Origin: Corallococcus exiguus
GTDB taxonomy: Bacteria > Myxococcota > Myxococcia > Myxococcales > Myxococcaceae
Direction: 5' to 3' (one strand)
DNA: 57,113 bases
NCBI RefSeq assembly: GCF_012985225.1
Contig: NZ_JABEKZ010000024.1
The position numbers and the translations under genes are program-made. Shown piece after piece: positions 47,498 to 57,113 of this stretch (its first letter is position 1; every line of letters begins with the position of its first letter). The notes beneath the pieces are model-generated. The model worked only from the letters and a program-made list of their open reading frames with translations, searched no databases and was not told where the DNA came from.

Positions 47498-49093
47498 CTA
47501 CGCCTGCGCCGCCTCGCGCCGCGCGGGCACCTCGCCGCGCAGCTCCGCGACCTCGGCGCGCAGGAGCCAGTCGGTGGGGAAGTCCGTGGACGCGCGGGCG
47601 ATCTGCTCCAGCCGCTCGGCGGCCAGCTGCCCCGTCTCGCGGATGCGGCGCACCTCCGTGTAGAGGGCGGCCAGCGACGGGGGCAGGGCCTGCGCCTTGC
47701 GCTCGCGCGCCTGGGCCTCGCCGTCGCCCGCGGTGAAGGCGTCCATCTCCCCGAACCACTCGTCCCACGTGCCCGGGTCGGCGGGGCCGCCCGCCACGGA
47801 CGGCAGCCGCTCCGTCAGGTACAGGCGCGCCATGGACGGCAGCGTCAGCTCCTGGCCGGCCAGCGTGCCGCGCAGGGCAATCACTTCTCCGCCGCCCACC
47901 GCGAAGCCCTCCAGCACCAGCCCGCTGTCGAGCGTGAGCGTGAAGCTCCCGCGCTCCGGCAGGGTGCCCTGGCCAAAGGCGACCAGCGCCGCGCCGCTGA
48001 ACGGCATGTCCACGGCGTGCCCGTTCATGGACGTGAGGATGGGGCCCTCCAGCCGGGCCAGCGCGGTGGACAGGCCCGGGGCCACGTCCTTCGCGGCGGG
48101 CAGCAGCTCCACCACCTTGCCCGTCACCTCGCGGCCGTCCGCGAGCACCAGGTGGTTGACCGTGCGCGCGCGCAGCGCCTCGTTGAGGCCCAGGTCTCCG
48201 CCGCGCTTCCACGCGAGCGTGGACTCGAACTCGGCCAGGACCTCGAAGAGGTGCTCGAAGTCGCGCGCCACGAAGAGCTGCGGCTGCATGCGGGTGATGT
48301 CGTAGTCCGTGTCCGCGCACGCCACGCCCAGGGACAGCTTGTGCACGGCGGACGTCAGGCAGTGCCGGGCCTCGCCAATGCTGGACAGCAGGCCCGCGCC
48401 GTAGATGCGCGGGTGCTTCAGGTCGCCAATCAGCCCGTACTCCGCGGTCCACCAGTACAGGCGGCTCGCGCGGGTGCTCTCGCTGATGTAGCGGTGGCTG
48501 GCGTTGGCGGCCTCCAGGCGGGCCTGGGCGTGGGAAATCTCCTCCTCCGTCGCGGTGGGGTCCTCCTTCACCACGGAGAGGTTGCGGATGGCCTCGAAGA
48601 CGGCCTGGTCCTCCACGCTGGCGATGGCCTTGAAGCCCACCAGCCCCACGGCCTTGAGGTACTGCGCGTAACGCGCGTTCGCGATGATGGGGGCGTGGCC
48701 CGCGCTCTCATGGACGATGTCCGGCGCGGGCGTGTACTGGATGTGCTCGTGCGTGCGGATGTCCGCTGCGATGGCCAGCACGCCCAGCGCCTGCAGCTCC
48801 GTGAAGACGGCCGGCGGGATGAAGCCGCGCACCGCCACGCAGGCCCAGCCCAGCTGGGACAGCTTCTCGTTCATCTCGTCCAGGCTGGGGATGGCCTCCG
48901 CGCCAATGCCCGTGGCCTCCAGGCCCTCCAGGTAGACGGGGTGCGCCTTGTCGCTCAGGTGCTCGCGCAGCTGCCCCAGGATGTGCCGCCACACCGCCTG
49001 ATCCCTGGGCGTGTACGCCGCGTAGTCCTGGCCCACCACGTAGCGGCGCAGGTGGGCGGGAAGGCGGGCAATGGTCCGTTCCGTGGGCGTCAT
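47498..49093 (-). CDS. Aromatic amino acid hydroxylase (phenylalanine-4-monooxygenase-like) with a ~230-aa C-terminal extension
   Basis: Iron ligands in DIVHESAGHAPI, and YWWTAEYGLIG matches the PAH core. At 531 aa it is far longer than the ~300-aa bacterial PhhA. Confidence 0.7.
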   Translation of the reverse strand: MTPTERTIARLPAHLRRYVVGQDYAAYTPRDQAVWRHILGQLREHLSDKAHPVYLEGLEATGIGAEAIPSLDEMNEKLSQLGWACVAVRGFIPPAVFTELQALGVLAIAADIRTHEHIQYTPAPDIVHESAGHAPIIANARYAQYLKAVGLVGFKAIASVEDQAVFEAIRNLSVVKEDPTATEEEISHAQARLEAANASHRYISESTRASRLYWWTAEYGLIGDLKHPRIYGAGLLSSIGEARHCLTSAVHKLSLGVACADTDYDITRMQPQLFVARDFEHLFEVLAEFESTLAWKRGGDLGLNEALRARTVNHLVLADGREVTGKVVELLPAAKDVAPGLSTALARLEGPILTSMNGHAVDMPFSGAALVAFGQGTLPERGSFTLTLDSGLVLEGFAVGGGEVIALRGTLAGQELTLPSMARLYLTERLPSVAGGPADPGTWDEWFGEMDAFTAGDGEAQARERKAQALPPSLAALYTEVRRIRETGQLAAERLEQIARASTDFPTDWLLRAEVAELRGEVPARREAAQA

Positions 49094-49186
49094 CGCGAGC
49101 GGCTCCTTCAGGAGATGCAGGACTCCTGAAGAATACGCACCTCACTGCAAGACGGAAATCCGGCAGAATTCGACGTCTTCGTCGGA

Positions 49187-50107
49187 TTATCGTCGTTTGT
49201 TCAGGCGGCGACGCACCCCGTCGAGGATGGCCTGGACGGCGGGGCTGAGGCCGCCAGAGGGCCACAGGGCCACCACCTCCACGACCTGGGGCTCCTGTTC
49301 GCGCAGGGGCCAGACGTGGAGGTCGGGGGGGAACGGCTGTGTGGGGCGCACGTCCGGGGCGATGGTGCAGGCCTTGTAGGCGCGCAGCAGCTCGTAGAGG
49401 TGGAGGAAGCTCTCCACCCGGCCGACCTCGGTGACGGACACGCCGTGCGCGGCGAAGCGCGCGCTGTTGGCTCCGCCGTAGGGGTCGTCCCGCAGCCAGT
49501 CCACGAAGCGCTGGCCCTGGAGGTCCTTCACGTCCAGCGAGCGGCGGGAGGGGTGCTCCCGGGCGAGCGCGGAGTCGGGACCCGCGATGACGACGAAGGA
49601 CATGCGCAGCAGGGAATCGGTGTCCACGCCCTCGTGCGGGGGCAGGGGGGTGAAGTCGAGCACCAGGTCTTGCTGCCGCGTCTGCACCTGCCGCATGAGC
49701 TCGTGCGAGCCGCCGAAGCCCACCACCAGCTTGAGGTCGGTGGCGGCGGCGTCCTGCGCGATGCCGCCCAGCAGCGACATGGACAGCGTGGGGTTGAGGC
49801 CCAGGCGCAGGGTGGGCTCCACGCGGGCCAGGTCCATCAGCCGCTTCACGTCCAGCTGGTGCAGCGGCGTCTGGGTGCCCGCGTAGAGGCGCTCTCCACG
49901 CGCGGACAGTTGCAGGCGCCGGCCCGGCCCCCGCTCCAGCAGGGCGGCGCCATCCGCGAGCGCTTCCTCCAGCGCGCGGATGTGCTCGCTCACGACGGAG
50001 CGTGCGACGCCCAGGTGCTCCGCGGCGGCGTCAATGCTGCCGGCCTCCACGGCGGCGGTGAAGGACTCGAGCCAGACCAGGTGTCGCTGGAGCTTGCGCG
50101 GGGGCAT
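49187..50107 (-). CDS. LysR-family transcriptional regulator
   Basis: N-terminal HTH (LESFTAAVEAGSIDAAAEHLGVARSVVSEHIRALEEAL) and a C-terminal substrate-binding domain. Confidence 0.8.
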   Translation of the reverse strand: MPPRKLQRHLVWLESFTAAVEAGSIDAAAEHLGVARSVVSEHIRALEEALADGAALLERGPGRRLQLSARGERLYAGTQTPLHQLDVKRLMDLARVEPTLRLGLNPTLSMSLLGGIAQDAAATDLKLVVGFGGSHELMRQVQTRQQDLVLDFTPLPPHEGVDTDSLLRMSFVVIAGPDSALAREHPSRRSLDVKDLQGQRFVDWLRDDPYGGANSARFAAHGVSVTEVGRVESFLHLYELLRAYKACTIAPDVRPTQPFPPDLHVWPLREQEPQVVEVVALWPSGGLSPAVQAILDGVRRRLNKRR

Positions 50108-50122
50108 GGGGCGTAAGGCGCG

Positions 50123-50953
50123 CTAGAGGAAGAAGTCGGGCAAGAGCTCCGCGCCGGGGACGGACTGGTACTTGTCCAGGTTGGTGATGCCGGCGGCGCG
50201 CAGCACTTCATCGTCGATGCAGAAGTTGCCGGTGAAGGAGCGGCTGGGCTTGGTGAGGATGGTGTAGGCGGCGTCGGCCATGATCTCCGGCGTGCGGCTG
50301 CCCTTGATGGTGTCGTCGCCGCCCAGCAGGTTCTGCACTGCGGCGGTGGCGATGACGGTGCGGGGCCACAGCGTGTTGACGGCGATGCCGTCGTCCTTGA
50401 GCTCCTCCGCCATGCCCAGCGCGCACAGGCTCATGCCGTACTTCGCGATGGTGTAGGCCACGTGGGGGCCGAACCAGCGCGGCTCCATGTTGAGCGGCGG
50501 CGAGTTGTTGAGGATGTGCGGGTTGGAGGACTTCTTGAGGTACGGGATGCACGCCTGCGAGCACGCGAAGGTGCCGCGCGTGTTGATGCCGTGCATCAGG
50601 TCGAAGCGCTTGAGCGGCGTCTCCAGCGTGCCGGTGAGGCTGATGGCGCTGGCGTTGTTCACCAGGATGTCGATGCCGCCGAAGGTCTCCACGGCCTTGG
50701 CGACGGCGGCTTGGATCTGCGCCTCGTCGCGGATGTCCACCACGCAGGGGAGCGCCTTGCCGCCGGCCTCTTCAATCTCCTTCGCCGCCGTGTAGATGGT
50801 GCCGGGCAGCTTGGGGTGCGGGTCCGTGGTTTTCGCGGCGATGACGATGTTGGCGCCGTCGCGGGCCGCGCGCAGCGCGATGGCCTTGCCGATGCCGCGG
50901 CTGGCGCCGGTGATGAAGAGGGTCTTGCCTTGGAGGTTGGACATGGGCCGCAT
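50123..50953 (-). CDS. Short-chain dehydrogenase/reductase (SDR) family oxidoreductase
   Basis: TGASRGIGKAIA (Rossmann motif), NNAS, and the YxxxK catalytic pair (YTIAK). Confidence 0.85.
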   Translation of the reverse strand: MRPMSNLQGKTLFITGASRGIGKAIALRAARDGANIVIAAKTTDPHPKLPGTIYTAAKEIEEAGGKALPCVVDIRDEAQIQAAVAKAVETFGGIDILVNNASAISLTGTLETPLKRFDLMHGINTRGTFACSQACIPYLKKSSNPHILNNSPPLNMEPRWFGPHVAYTIAKYGMSLCALGMAEELKDDGIAVNTLWPRTVIATAAVQNLLGGDDTIKGSRTPEIMADAAYTILTKPSRSFTGNFCIDDEVLRAAGITNLDKYQSVPGAELLPDFFL

Positions 50954-51040
50954 CCTCGCTCAATCGCGCGGCGCCGCAATGCCCGGAGCGGCCGGACCTG
51001 TGTGGGTCCGACCGCTCCTCAACTGAGTTTCAGGTGGACT

Positions 51041-53383
51041 TCAGGGGCTCGCGGGCGTGTAGACGAGGACGGCGCTGACGGTTGCTCCGTCGTCCCGGTC
51101 ATAGCCGCTGATGAAGAGCACCTTGCCGCTGGGAAGCACGGTGGTGGCCATCAGGTAGCGGTTGGACGCCATGCTGGTGGAGAACGCGGAGGTACCGGTT
51201 GAAAGGTCGAAGACCTCCGTCGTCAGGCCCACCGTGGAGTTCCCGCCCGCGAGCAGCAGCTTCCCGGAGTTCAGCCGGACCAGGGATGAGCTGGCGCGCT
51301 CGTAGGTGAAGTTGCCCAGCGTGGCCTGGACGTTGAGCACCGGGTCGTACGCCGCGACCAGCGTCCCATCCACCAGGACGACCTTGCCAGACGGCTGGAG
51401 GAAGGCGTCGGTGAAGGTCCGCGTCGTCAGGCCGGTGGCGGTGCTCCAGGTGTTGTTGGACGGATCGTAGATCTCCGACGGCAGGTTGCCGCCCACGGTG
51501 AGCACCTTGCCCGACGGCAGCAGGACCGCGCGGTGGTTGGACCGGGCATAGGTCGGGCTCGCCACCGGCACCCAGCTGTTCGTGGCGGGGTCGTAGAGCT
51601 CGATGGAGCGGTTGCTGACGGTGTCGCCCGTGGTGACGCCGCCGATGACCAGGACCTTGCCGTTGGGCAGTAGCGTCGAGGTATGGGCGCCGCGCGCGAA
51701 GCCCATCTGCGGGCCAGCCGTCCAGGTGTTGGTCGCGGGATCATAGAACTCCACGGCGCGCAGCGGGGTGCTGGCCGGGTACGCCACGAAGCCGCCCGTG
51801 ACCATGACCTTGCCAGAGGGCAGCAGTGTCACCGCGGGGTTGTAGTGCGCGGTGCCCAGCGTTCCAGCGGAAGACCAGGTCCCCGTCGCGGGATCGTAGA
51901 GTTCCGCGGTGCCCAGGGCGGTGGAGGAAATCGTCCCGCCGAAGACGAGGATCTTCCCGGAGGCCAGGGGGATGAGGCTCGCACCGAAGCGGCGCTGCGT
52001 CATGCTGGCCGTGAGGTCCCACCGCGCGACCGTGGTGGGCGGCGTGCACGCGGGGGCGTTCTGCACCGCCACGGTGAAGGCCTGGGACGCGGAGAAGCCC
52101 TGGGCGTTGGTGACGGTGGCGGTGACGGTCGCGTTCCCGCCGGTGGGCGCGCAGGTGGGGGCCTTCCAGGAGGTCTCGCTGGAGGTGAACCCGGACGAGG
52201 GCGCCGCGAGCGTGCCGGTGCTCGAGGCCCAGTTGAAGGTGAGGGCGCCACCGTTGCCGTCCTCGGCGAGGACGCGGAACGTCACGGTGCTGTCGCCCAC
52301 CACGGACGCGCTGCTCTGGTGCGCGAGGACGATGCGCGGGGGAACGTTGGTGGTCGCGCCGTCGCCCACGCAGATGCGCAGCGTGCCCTGCGTCTGGCCG
52401 CCCTTCGGATCCTTCACGGTGACGGTGAGCGCGCAGTTGCCGCACGAGTCGCCAGCGGGCACGGCGGTCGGGGTGAAGGAGGCGACGTTGGAGGTGTCAT
52501 CGGTCCAGGTGCCCGCGCAGGACGCGGCCCACTGGTAGGTCAGCGCGTCGCCGTCCGGATCCGTCACGTCCGCGGTGACGGTGGTGCTCTGGCCCACGGG
52601 CACGGGGGACCGGGACGCGGTGACGCGGGTGACGGCGGGGGAGATGTTGAACGTGACGGACACCTCCGCGGTGCCGGCCGTGGTGCCGCCGTCCTTGGAG
52701 ATGACGGTGATGTCGATGCGGATGGTCGCCGTGGCGCCGCGCGAGTCGGTGACCGTCAACGTCAGCCCATAGACGCCCGGGGTCACGGGCGCCGTCCAGG
52801 TCGTGGACGTGAGCGTGGGCGAACCGAAGGTGCCATCCGCCGACGTCCAGGCGTACGTGATGGAGTCGGACGCATCCGGATCATGCGCCGTGGCCTGGAG
52901 GGAGATGGAGCCCCCGGGGAGGATGCTGCTCGCGGATGCCACGAGCGAGTCGATGCACGGGGCCGAGTTGTCGAACGGGCCCGGGCCATTCAGCGCCTGG
53001 AGGGTGATGGCCACGATGGAGGTCGTGCCCGCGGTGATGGTGACGTCCGAGGCCGCGCCCCGGTAGCGCAGGGCGCCGTCCGCGGCGAAGGCCTCCGCGG
53101 TGAAGGTGCGCTGGGTGCCGGCGGGCACTTGGTACATGGTGCCGCTCCAGCCATCCGTGCCCTTCGTGAGCACGGTGGTGGCGGAAGGCACGCCGGACGC
53201 CGTCAGCGTGACGGTCACGCGGGTGATCTCATCGCCCGCGAGCGCCTGGGGCACCGCGCTGACGAACCGGACGTTGCCGGTCTCCCGCTCCGGCTCGCCC
53301 CCCGTGTCGCAGGCCATGACAGAAATGACAGCGCTGATTAGTGCGTAAAACAAAACCCGAGGCGGTGTGGCTTGTCGGCGCAT
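51041..53383 (-). CDS. Lipoprotein with Ig-like/PKD-like repeats and a C-terminal Kelch beta-propeller
   Basis: Start at MRRQATPP... with lipobox VMAC. There are repeated ~90-aa Thr/Ser-rich Ig-like units, then six or seven Kelch-like blades (ELYDPATGTWS...LPSGKVLV.GG). Confidence 0.6.
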   Translation of the reverse strand: MRRQATPPRVLFYALISAVISVMACDTGGEPERETGNVRFVSAVPQALAGDEITRVTVTLTASGVPSATTVLTKGTDGWSGTMYQVPAGTQRTFTAEAFAADGALRYRGAASDVTITAGTTSIVAITLQALNGPGPFDNSAPCIDSLVASASSILPGGSISLQATAHDPDASDSITYAWTSADGTFGSPTLTSTTWTAPVTPGVYGLTLTVTDSRGATATIRIDITVISKDGGTTAGTAEVSVTFNISPAVTRVTASRSPVPVGQSTTVTADVTDPDGDALTYQWAASCAGTWTDDTSNVASFTPTAVPAGDSCGNCALTVTVKDPKGGQTQGTLRICVGDGATTNVPPRIVLAHQSSASVVGDSTVTFRVLAEDGNGGALTFNWASSTGTLAAPSSGFTSSETSWKAPTCAPTGGNATVTATVTNAQGFSASQAFTVAVQNAPACTPPTTVARWDLTASMTQRRFGASLIPLASGKILVFGGTISSTALGTAELYDPATGTWSSAGTLGTAHYNPAVTLLPSGKVMVTGGFVAYPASTPLRAVEFYDPATNTWTAGPQMGFARGAHTSTLLPNGKVLVIGGVTTGDTVSNRSIELYDPATNSWVPVASPTYARSNHRAVLLPSGKVLTVGGNLPSEIYDPSNNTWSTATGLTTRTFTDAFLQPSGKVVLVDGTLVAAYDPVLNVQATLGNFTYERASSSLVRLNSGKLLLAGGNSTVGLTTEVFDLSTGTSAFSTSMASNRYLMATTVLPSGKVLFISGYDRDDGATVSAVLVYTPASP

Positions 53384-53965
53384 CGCACGTTCCTGGCGAA
53401 GTGAGAGGAAAGGGCGATCTATCAGTTTGGACACATGAAGACAGACATGTTGTGGGGTTCTGCGGTGTCTGTCTAATCCCGATCGGGGTCTATGAATACC
53501 CCGTGGCGGGGTGGGGCTCTGCGCGTCGTGTCTGCGGCGCTATGGATTGGAGACGTCCCAGGATGGCTTTGGACGCGAGCTGAAACGCAGCATCCTGAGG
53601 CATGATCCGTGTCCGCCGTCGTGGGACCACGATGGTCTTGACTGTACGGACGGAACAAAGTCGTAACCATCCGTGTGCCCACGCCTGGGAATGGCTGGTG
53701 GCTGGATGTCCTGGTGCTTGCATGAACGAATGGCTCGTAGGGAATTCAGCGCCTCTTCCTGGCATGTGTCGGTCAGGTCTTCACGATCGAGGAGATCGAG
53801 AGCGACGGCGTCCTTGTTCTCAACGTTTCCCGCATTGGCGTGCCCCTGTTCGGAGGGACTCGACACATCATCATGGTGGACCCGGCCGACGTCGGAGTCG
53901 TGTAGTCACCGGCCGCATCCAGGCTGCGAAGACCGCTGGCGGACGTTGGTCTACGCTGCGCCCCC

Positions 53966-56650
53966 ATGCGACTGCTCCCACTCCTCGCCCTGGTGGTGTT
54001 GACCGTCCGCTGTGCCCACGCGCCGGAGGCCGCACCGGCTGCTTCCGCGCCGCCCGCCGTCTCGTGGCCGGAGGCACTGCCTCCCGCGCTACGGTTGCCG
54101 GACACCGTGCGGCCCGTGCACTACGCGCTGGACCTGAAGCTCGTGCCCAAGGAGGACACGTACCCGGGGAGCGTCACCATCGACGTGGAGGTCCGCGAGC
54201 CCGTGCGCCAGGTGTGGCTGCATGCGCAGGACGTGGAAGTGACGCGGGCGCGTGTCACCGTGGCGGGCCGCACGTTCGCCGCGAAGCCTGTCACCGCGCC
54301 CGAAGGACGTCTGGGATTGCTGCTGCCGGAGGAACTGCCGGTGGGCAAGGCCCAGCTCCTGCTCGACTTCACGGGCAAGGTGGACCGTGAGCGCAGCCAG
54401 GGCATCTACGGGGTGGAGGAGGGCGGTGAGCCCTACCTCTACACGTTCTTCGAGCCCATCGACGCGCGCCGTGCCTTCCCGTGCTTCGACGAGCCGACCT
54501 TCAAGGTGCCGTGGCGCCTGCGCTTCACCGTGAAGGCCGGACACGTGGCGCTGGCCAACCATCCCGTCGTGTCGCGCGAGCCTCTGGCGGACGGACTGGA
54601 GCGCGTCACCTTCGCGGAAAGCAAGCCGATGCCCAGCTATCTCGTGGCCTTCATGGTGGGGCCGTTCGACGTGGTGGAGGCAGGCACCGTGGGACGCACG
54701 AACGTGCCGCTGCGCTTCATCGTCCCCAAGGGCCGGGGTGCGGAGACTCGCTTCGCCGCGAGCATCACGCCTCGCATCGTGAAGGGACTGGAGGACTTCT
54801 TCGACCAGCCGTATCCGTACGAGAAGCTCGATGTGGCGGTCGTGCCCCGGTACTGGGGCACCATGGAGCACCCGGGCATCGTCGCGCTCGGACAGCCGCT
54901 CACGCTCATTCCGCCCGGCGAGGAGACGCTGGCTCGCCGCAAGTCGTACGCGGTCATCGCCAACCATGAGCTGGGCCACTACTGGTTCGGGGACGTCGTC
55001 ACCTGCTCCTGGTGGAACGACATCTGGCTGAACGAATCCTTCACCGCGTGGTTGGATCGGCAGACCGTGGACCGGCTGGAGCCGTCCTGGGACTACCAGC
55101 AGGAGCGCGCCATGTCCGCGACCCGCTCCGCCCTGGCGTCGGATGAGCTGGCGTCGGCGCTGCCCGTGCGCAAGCCGGTGGAGAGCAATGACGACATCGT
55201 GGGCTCGTTCGACAACGGGACGACGTATGACAAGGGCTCGTCCGTCATCGCCATGTACGAGGCCTGGATGGGACCGGAGCGCTTCCGCGACTTCCTCCGG
55301 GGCTATGTCCGCAAGCACGCGTGGAAGGTCGCGACGATGGAGGACTTCCTCGCGGACCTGTCCCAGGCGGCGGGGCCGGAGGTGGCGCAATCCTTCGGCG
55401 GGTTCATCGAGCGGAGCGGGGCGCCTCGGATCACCGCGCAGCTGTCGTGCCCGGCGGGCGGTGCTCCGTCCGTGAAGCTGTCGCAGGAGCGGTACCTGCC
55501 CGTGGGCTCCAAGGCGGACTCGCGGCAGGAATGGCAGGTGCCCGTGTGTCTTCGCGTGGCCACGGGCACGCAGTCGTCGCGGGTGTGCTCGATGGTGCAG
55601 GGGCCCTCGACGGAGGTCGCGCTGCCCTCGAAGCAGTGCCCGGCGTGGGTGCTGCTCAACGCGGGCGGCACGGGTTACTACCGCGGCGGTTACACCCGCG
55701 AGCAGTTGACGAAGCTGCTCGCGACTCCGGCCGCCGCCTTCACTCCCGCGGAGCAGATGGCGCTCTGGGCGGATGTGGATGCGGCGGTGAGCCGGGGCGA
55801 CCTGCCGCTGGGGGAGGCGCTGAAGGCGGTGCCTGCCTCCGCGAAGTCGACGAACCGGCTCGTGGTGCAGAGCGGCGCCTCGCTGCTGGAGCTCGTGCGC
55901 CTGGAGCAGCTCACGCCCGAGGAGCGCCAGCGCTTCCGCGCGTGGGTGGCCTCGCTCTACTCGGCGCGCGCGCGGGCCATGGGCTGGGTGCCGAAGCCGG
56001 GCGAGGACGACTCCGTGAAGGATTCACGCTCCCTGTTCCTCCGGCTGGCCGGGGGTCTGGGCGATGACCCTCGGCTGGTGAAGGAGGCGCTGCCCCTGGT
56101 GCGCGCATGGCTGGCGGACCGCAAGTCGGTGGACCCGGAGGCGTTCAGTGCCGCGCTGCCCCGAGCGGCGACGCACGGCGATGCGGCGCTGTTCGACGCG
56201 CTGCTGGAAGCGGCGAAGAAGGAACAGGACCGCACCGAGCGTTCCCGGCTGCTGATGTCGCTGGGCTACTTCCGGAGCCCGGAGCTGTTGTGGAGGGCGT
56301 TGGGGCTCGTGGTGTCTCCGGACTTCGACGTGCGCGACTCGCAGATCATCCTCCGGATGGCGTTGATGTCGCCGGAGTCGCAGTCGCTGGCGTGGAACTT
56401 CTACCAGACGCACTTCGATGCGCTGACCCAGCGGCTGCGTTCGGATGAGCTGGGCCGGCTGATTGGCCAGACGGGGAGCCTCTGCGATGACATCCACCTG
56501 GCGCAGGTGGAGACGTTCCTCACGCCCCGCGTGGACAAGATTGAAGGCGGACCGCGCGCGCTCACCCGGGCCCTGGAGTCCATCCGGCTGTGCATCGAGT
56601 CCCAGAAGCTCCAGTCCCCGAGCGTCAAGGCGTTCCTCCGCGCCCGGTGA
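53966..56650 (+). CDS. Aminopeptidase N-like M1 family zinc metallopeptidase, secreted
   Basis: Signal peptide, the GXMEN-type motif (GTMEHPG), HELGHYWFGD, then WLNESFT. 894 aa. Confidence 0.85.
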   Translation: MRLLPLLALVVLTVRCAHAPEAAPAASAPPAVSWPEALPPALRLPDTVRPVHYALDLKLVPKEDTYPGSVTIDVEVREPVRQVWLHAQDVEVTRARVTVAGRTFAAKPVTAPEGRLGLLLPEELPVGKAQLLLDFTGKVDRERSQGIYGVEEGGEPYLYTFFEPIDARRAFPCFDEPTFKVPWRLRFTVKAGHVALANHPVVSREPLADGLERVTFAESKPMPSYLVAFMVGPFDVVEAGTVGRTNVPLRFIVPKGRGAETRFAASITPRIVKGLEDFFDQPYPYEKLDVAVVPRYWGTMEHPGIVALGQPLTLIPPGEETLARRKSYAVIANHELGHYWFGDVVTCSWWNDIWLNESFTAWLDRQTVDRLEPSWDYQQERAMSATRSALASDELASALPVRKPVESNDDIVGSFDNGTTYDKGSSVIAMYEAWMGPERFRDFLRGYVRKHAWKVATMEDFLADLSQAAGPEVAQSFGGFIERSGAPRITAQLSCPAGGAPSVKLSQERYLPVGSKADSRQEWQVPVCLRVATGTQSSRVCSMVQGPSTEVALPSKQCPAWVLLNAGGTGYYRGGYTREQLTKLLATPAAAFTPAEQMALWADVDAAVSRGDLPLGEALKAVPASAKSTNRLVVQSGASLLELVRLEQLTPEERQRFRAWVASLYSARARAMGWVPKPGEDDSVKDSRSLFLRLAGGLGDDPRLVKEALPLVRAWLADRKSVDPEAFSAALPRAATHGDAALFDALLEAAKKEQDRTERSRLLMSLGYFRSPELLWRALGLVVSPDFDVRDSQIILRMALMSPESQSLAWNFYQTHFDALTQRLRSDELGRLIGQTGSLCDDIHLAQVETFLTPRVDKIEGGPRALTRALESIRLCIESQKLQSPSVKAFLRAR

Positions 56651-56668
56651 GCCCCACGGCGTGAAGCC

Positions 56669-57067
56669 TCACGGACCGTAGGGACACATCTTCAGCATCT
56701 GCGCGATGGGCGGGCGGCAGAGCTCCAGGAGCTGGGTCTCGTCCAGGAACGAGGACGTCCGCGCCTTGAAGAAGCATGCCGCGGGATCATCCGAGGGCTG
56801 GGCGTACTGGCAGAGCTGGAGCGCCTGCGGGTCGGCGAGGAAGCCCTTCTCCTTCACCCGGAGGAAGCACTGTGCCGGGGTGTCGGAACGGGCACCCTGG
56901 CAGAGCTGCGCCGCGATGCTCTCACTCACCGAGCTGCCCTGGCGCGCCGCTTCGAAGCAGGAGTATTGCGACGCACCCTCGGGTGGGCCTTCCATCTGCC
57001 CCACCGCCGGAAGCCCGAGCAGCGCGGCAGCCAGCCCCCAGGCACCTCTCCAATGGCCTCGCTTCAT
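56669..57067 (-). CDS. Small secreted Cys-rich repeat protein
   Basis: Signal peptide. Three ~30-aa repeats each carry L(C/E)Q...P(A)xCF. Confidence 0.45.
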   Translation of the reverse strand: MKRGHWRGAWGLAAALLGLPAVGQMEGPPEGASQYSCFEAARQGSSVSESIAAQLCQGARSDTPAQCFLRVKEKGFLADPQALQLCQYAQPSDDPAACFFKARTSSFLDETQLLELCRPPIAQMLKMCPYGP

Positions 57068-57113
57068 CGTCCACCCCCCAAAGAAGGTGGGGGAGTCATG
57101 GCCCGCATGGGAG

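Noticed and set aside
46041-48452. 803-aa minus-strand ORF spanning the LysM gene and part of the hydroxylase gene
   Set aside because: It overlaps two differently oriented, well-supported genes, and its translation is low complexity.
51683-53341. 552-aa plus-strand ORF opposite the Kelch/Ig lipoprotein gene
   Set aside because: Its Gly/Arg-rich translation is antisense to a repeat-rich but coherent lipoprotein with a lipobox and Kelch blades.
53759-53911. Plausible-looking small peptide (VFTIEEIESDGVLVLNVSRIGVPLFGGTRHIIMVDPADVGVV) upstream of the aminopeptidase gene
   Set aside because: There is no ATG, GTG or TTG start in frame after the preceding stop at 53738-53740. It is probably a chance open frame in the 530-bp intergenic region.

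Overview
This is a high-GC (~68%) chromosomal segment from a Myxococcus-like myxobacterium. The gene content (RomR-like regulator, stand-alone groEL, EncC-like encapsulin cargo, MYXO-CTERM anchor, TIGR02268-family protein, many Ser/Thr kinases) matches the Myxococcus xanthus neighbourhood around groEL2. Bases 1-16.2 kb hold a siphovirus-type (HK97-like) prophage head-tail-lysis module: portal, prohead protease, major capsid, connector proteins, major tail protein, a G/GT tail chaperone pair with a canonical -1 frameshift site, tape measure, tail tip and fibre, M15 endolysin, holin-like and spanin-like genes. Two lower-GC (~50%) genes sit on the opposite strand inside this module and look like morons. 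The remaining ~41 kb is host DNA. It carries a pseudokinase/kinase pair around two tandem XRE regulators, a probable tRNA-Sec, a methyltransferase, and a transglutaminase-like protein. It also carries groEL with a CIRCE operator and no groES, a signalling cluster (hybrid histidine kinase, EncC-like ferritin cargo, GGDEF regulator, CheW-like protein, RomR-like regulator), and valS with a Lys/Ala-rich histone-H1-like C-terminal tail. Further along are nadC, a clear bacterial homologue of the eukaryotic major vault protein, and several secreted proteins: a LysM lytic enzyme, a HExxH protease with MYXO-CTERM, a Kelch/Ig lipoprotein and an M1 aminopeptidase. A long phenylalanine-hydroxylase-like enzyme, a LysR regulator and an SDR oxidoreductase are also present. 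All calls come from reading the sequence and the ORF track; no database search was run.
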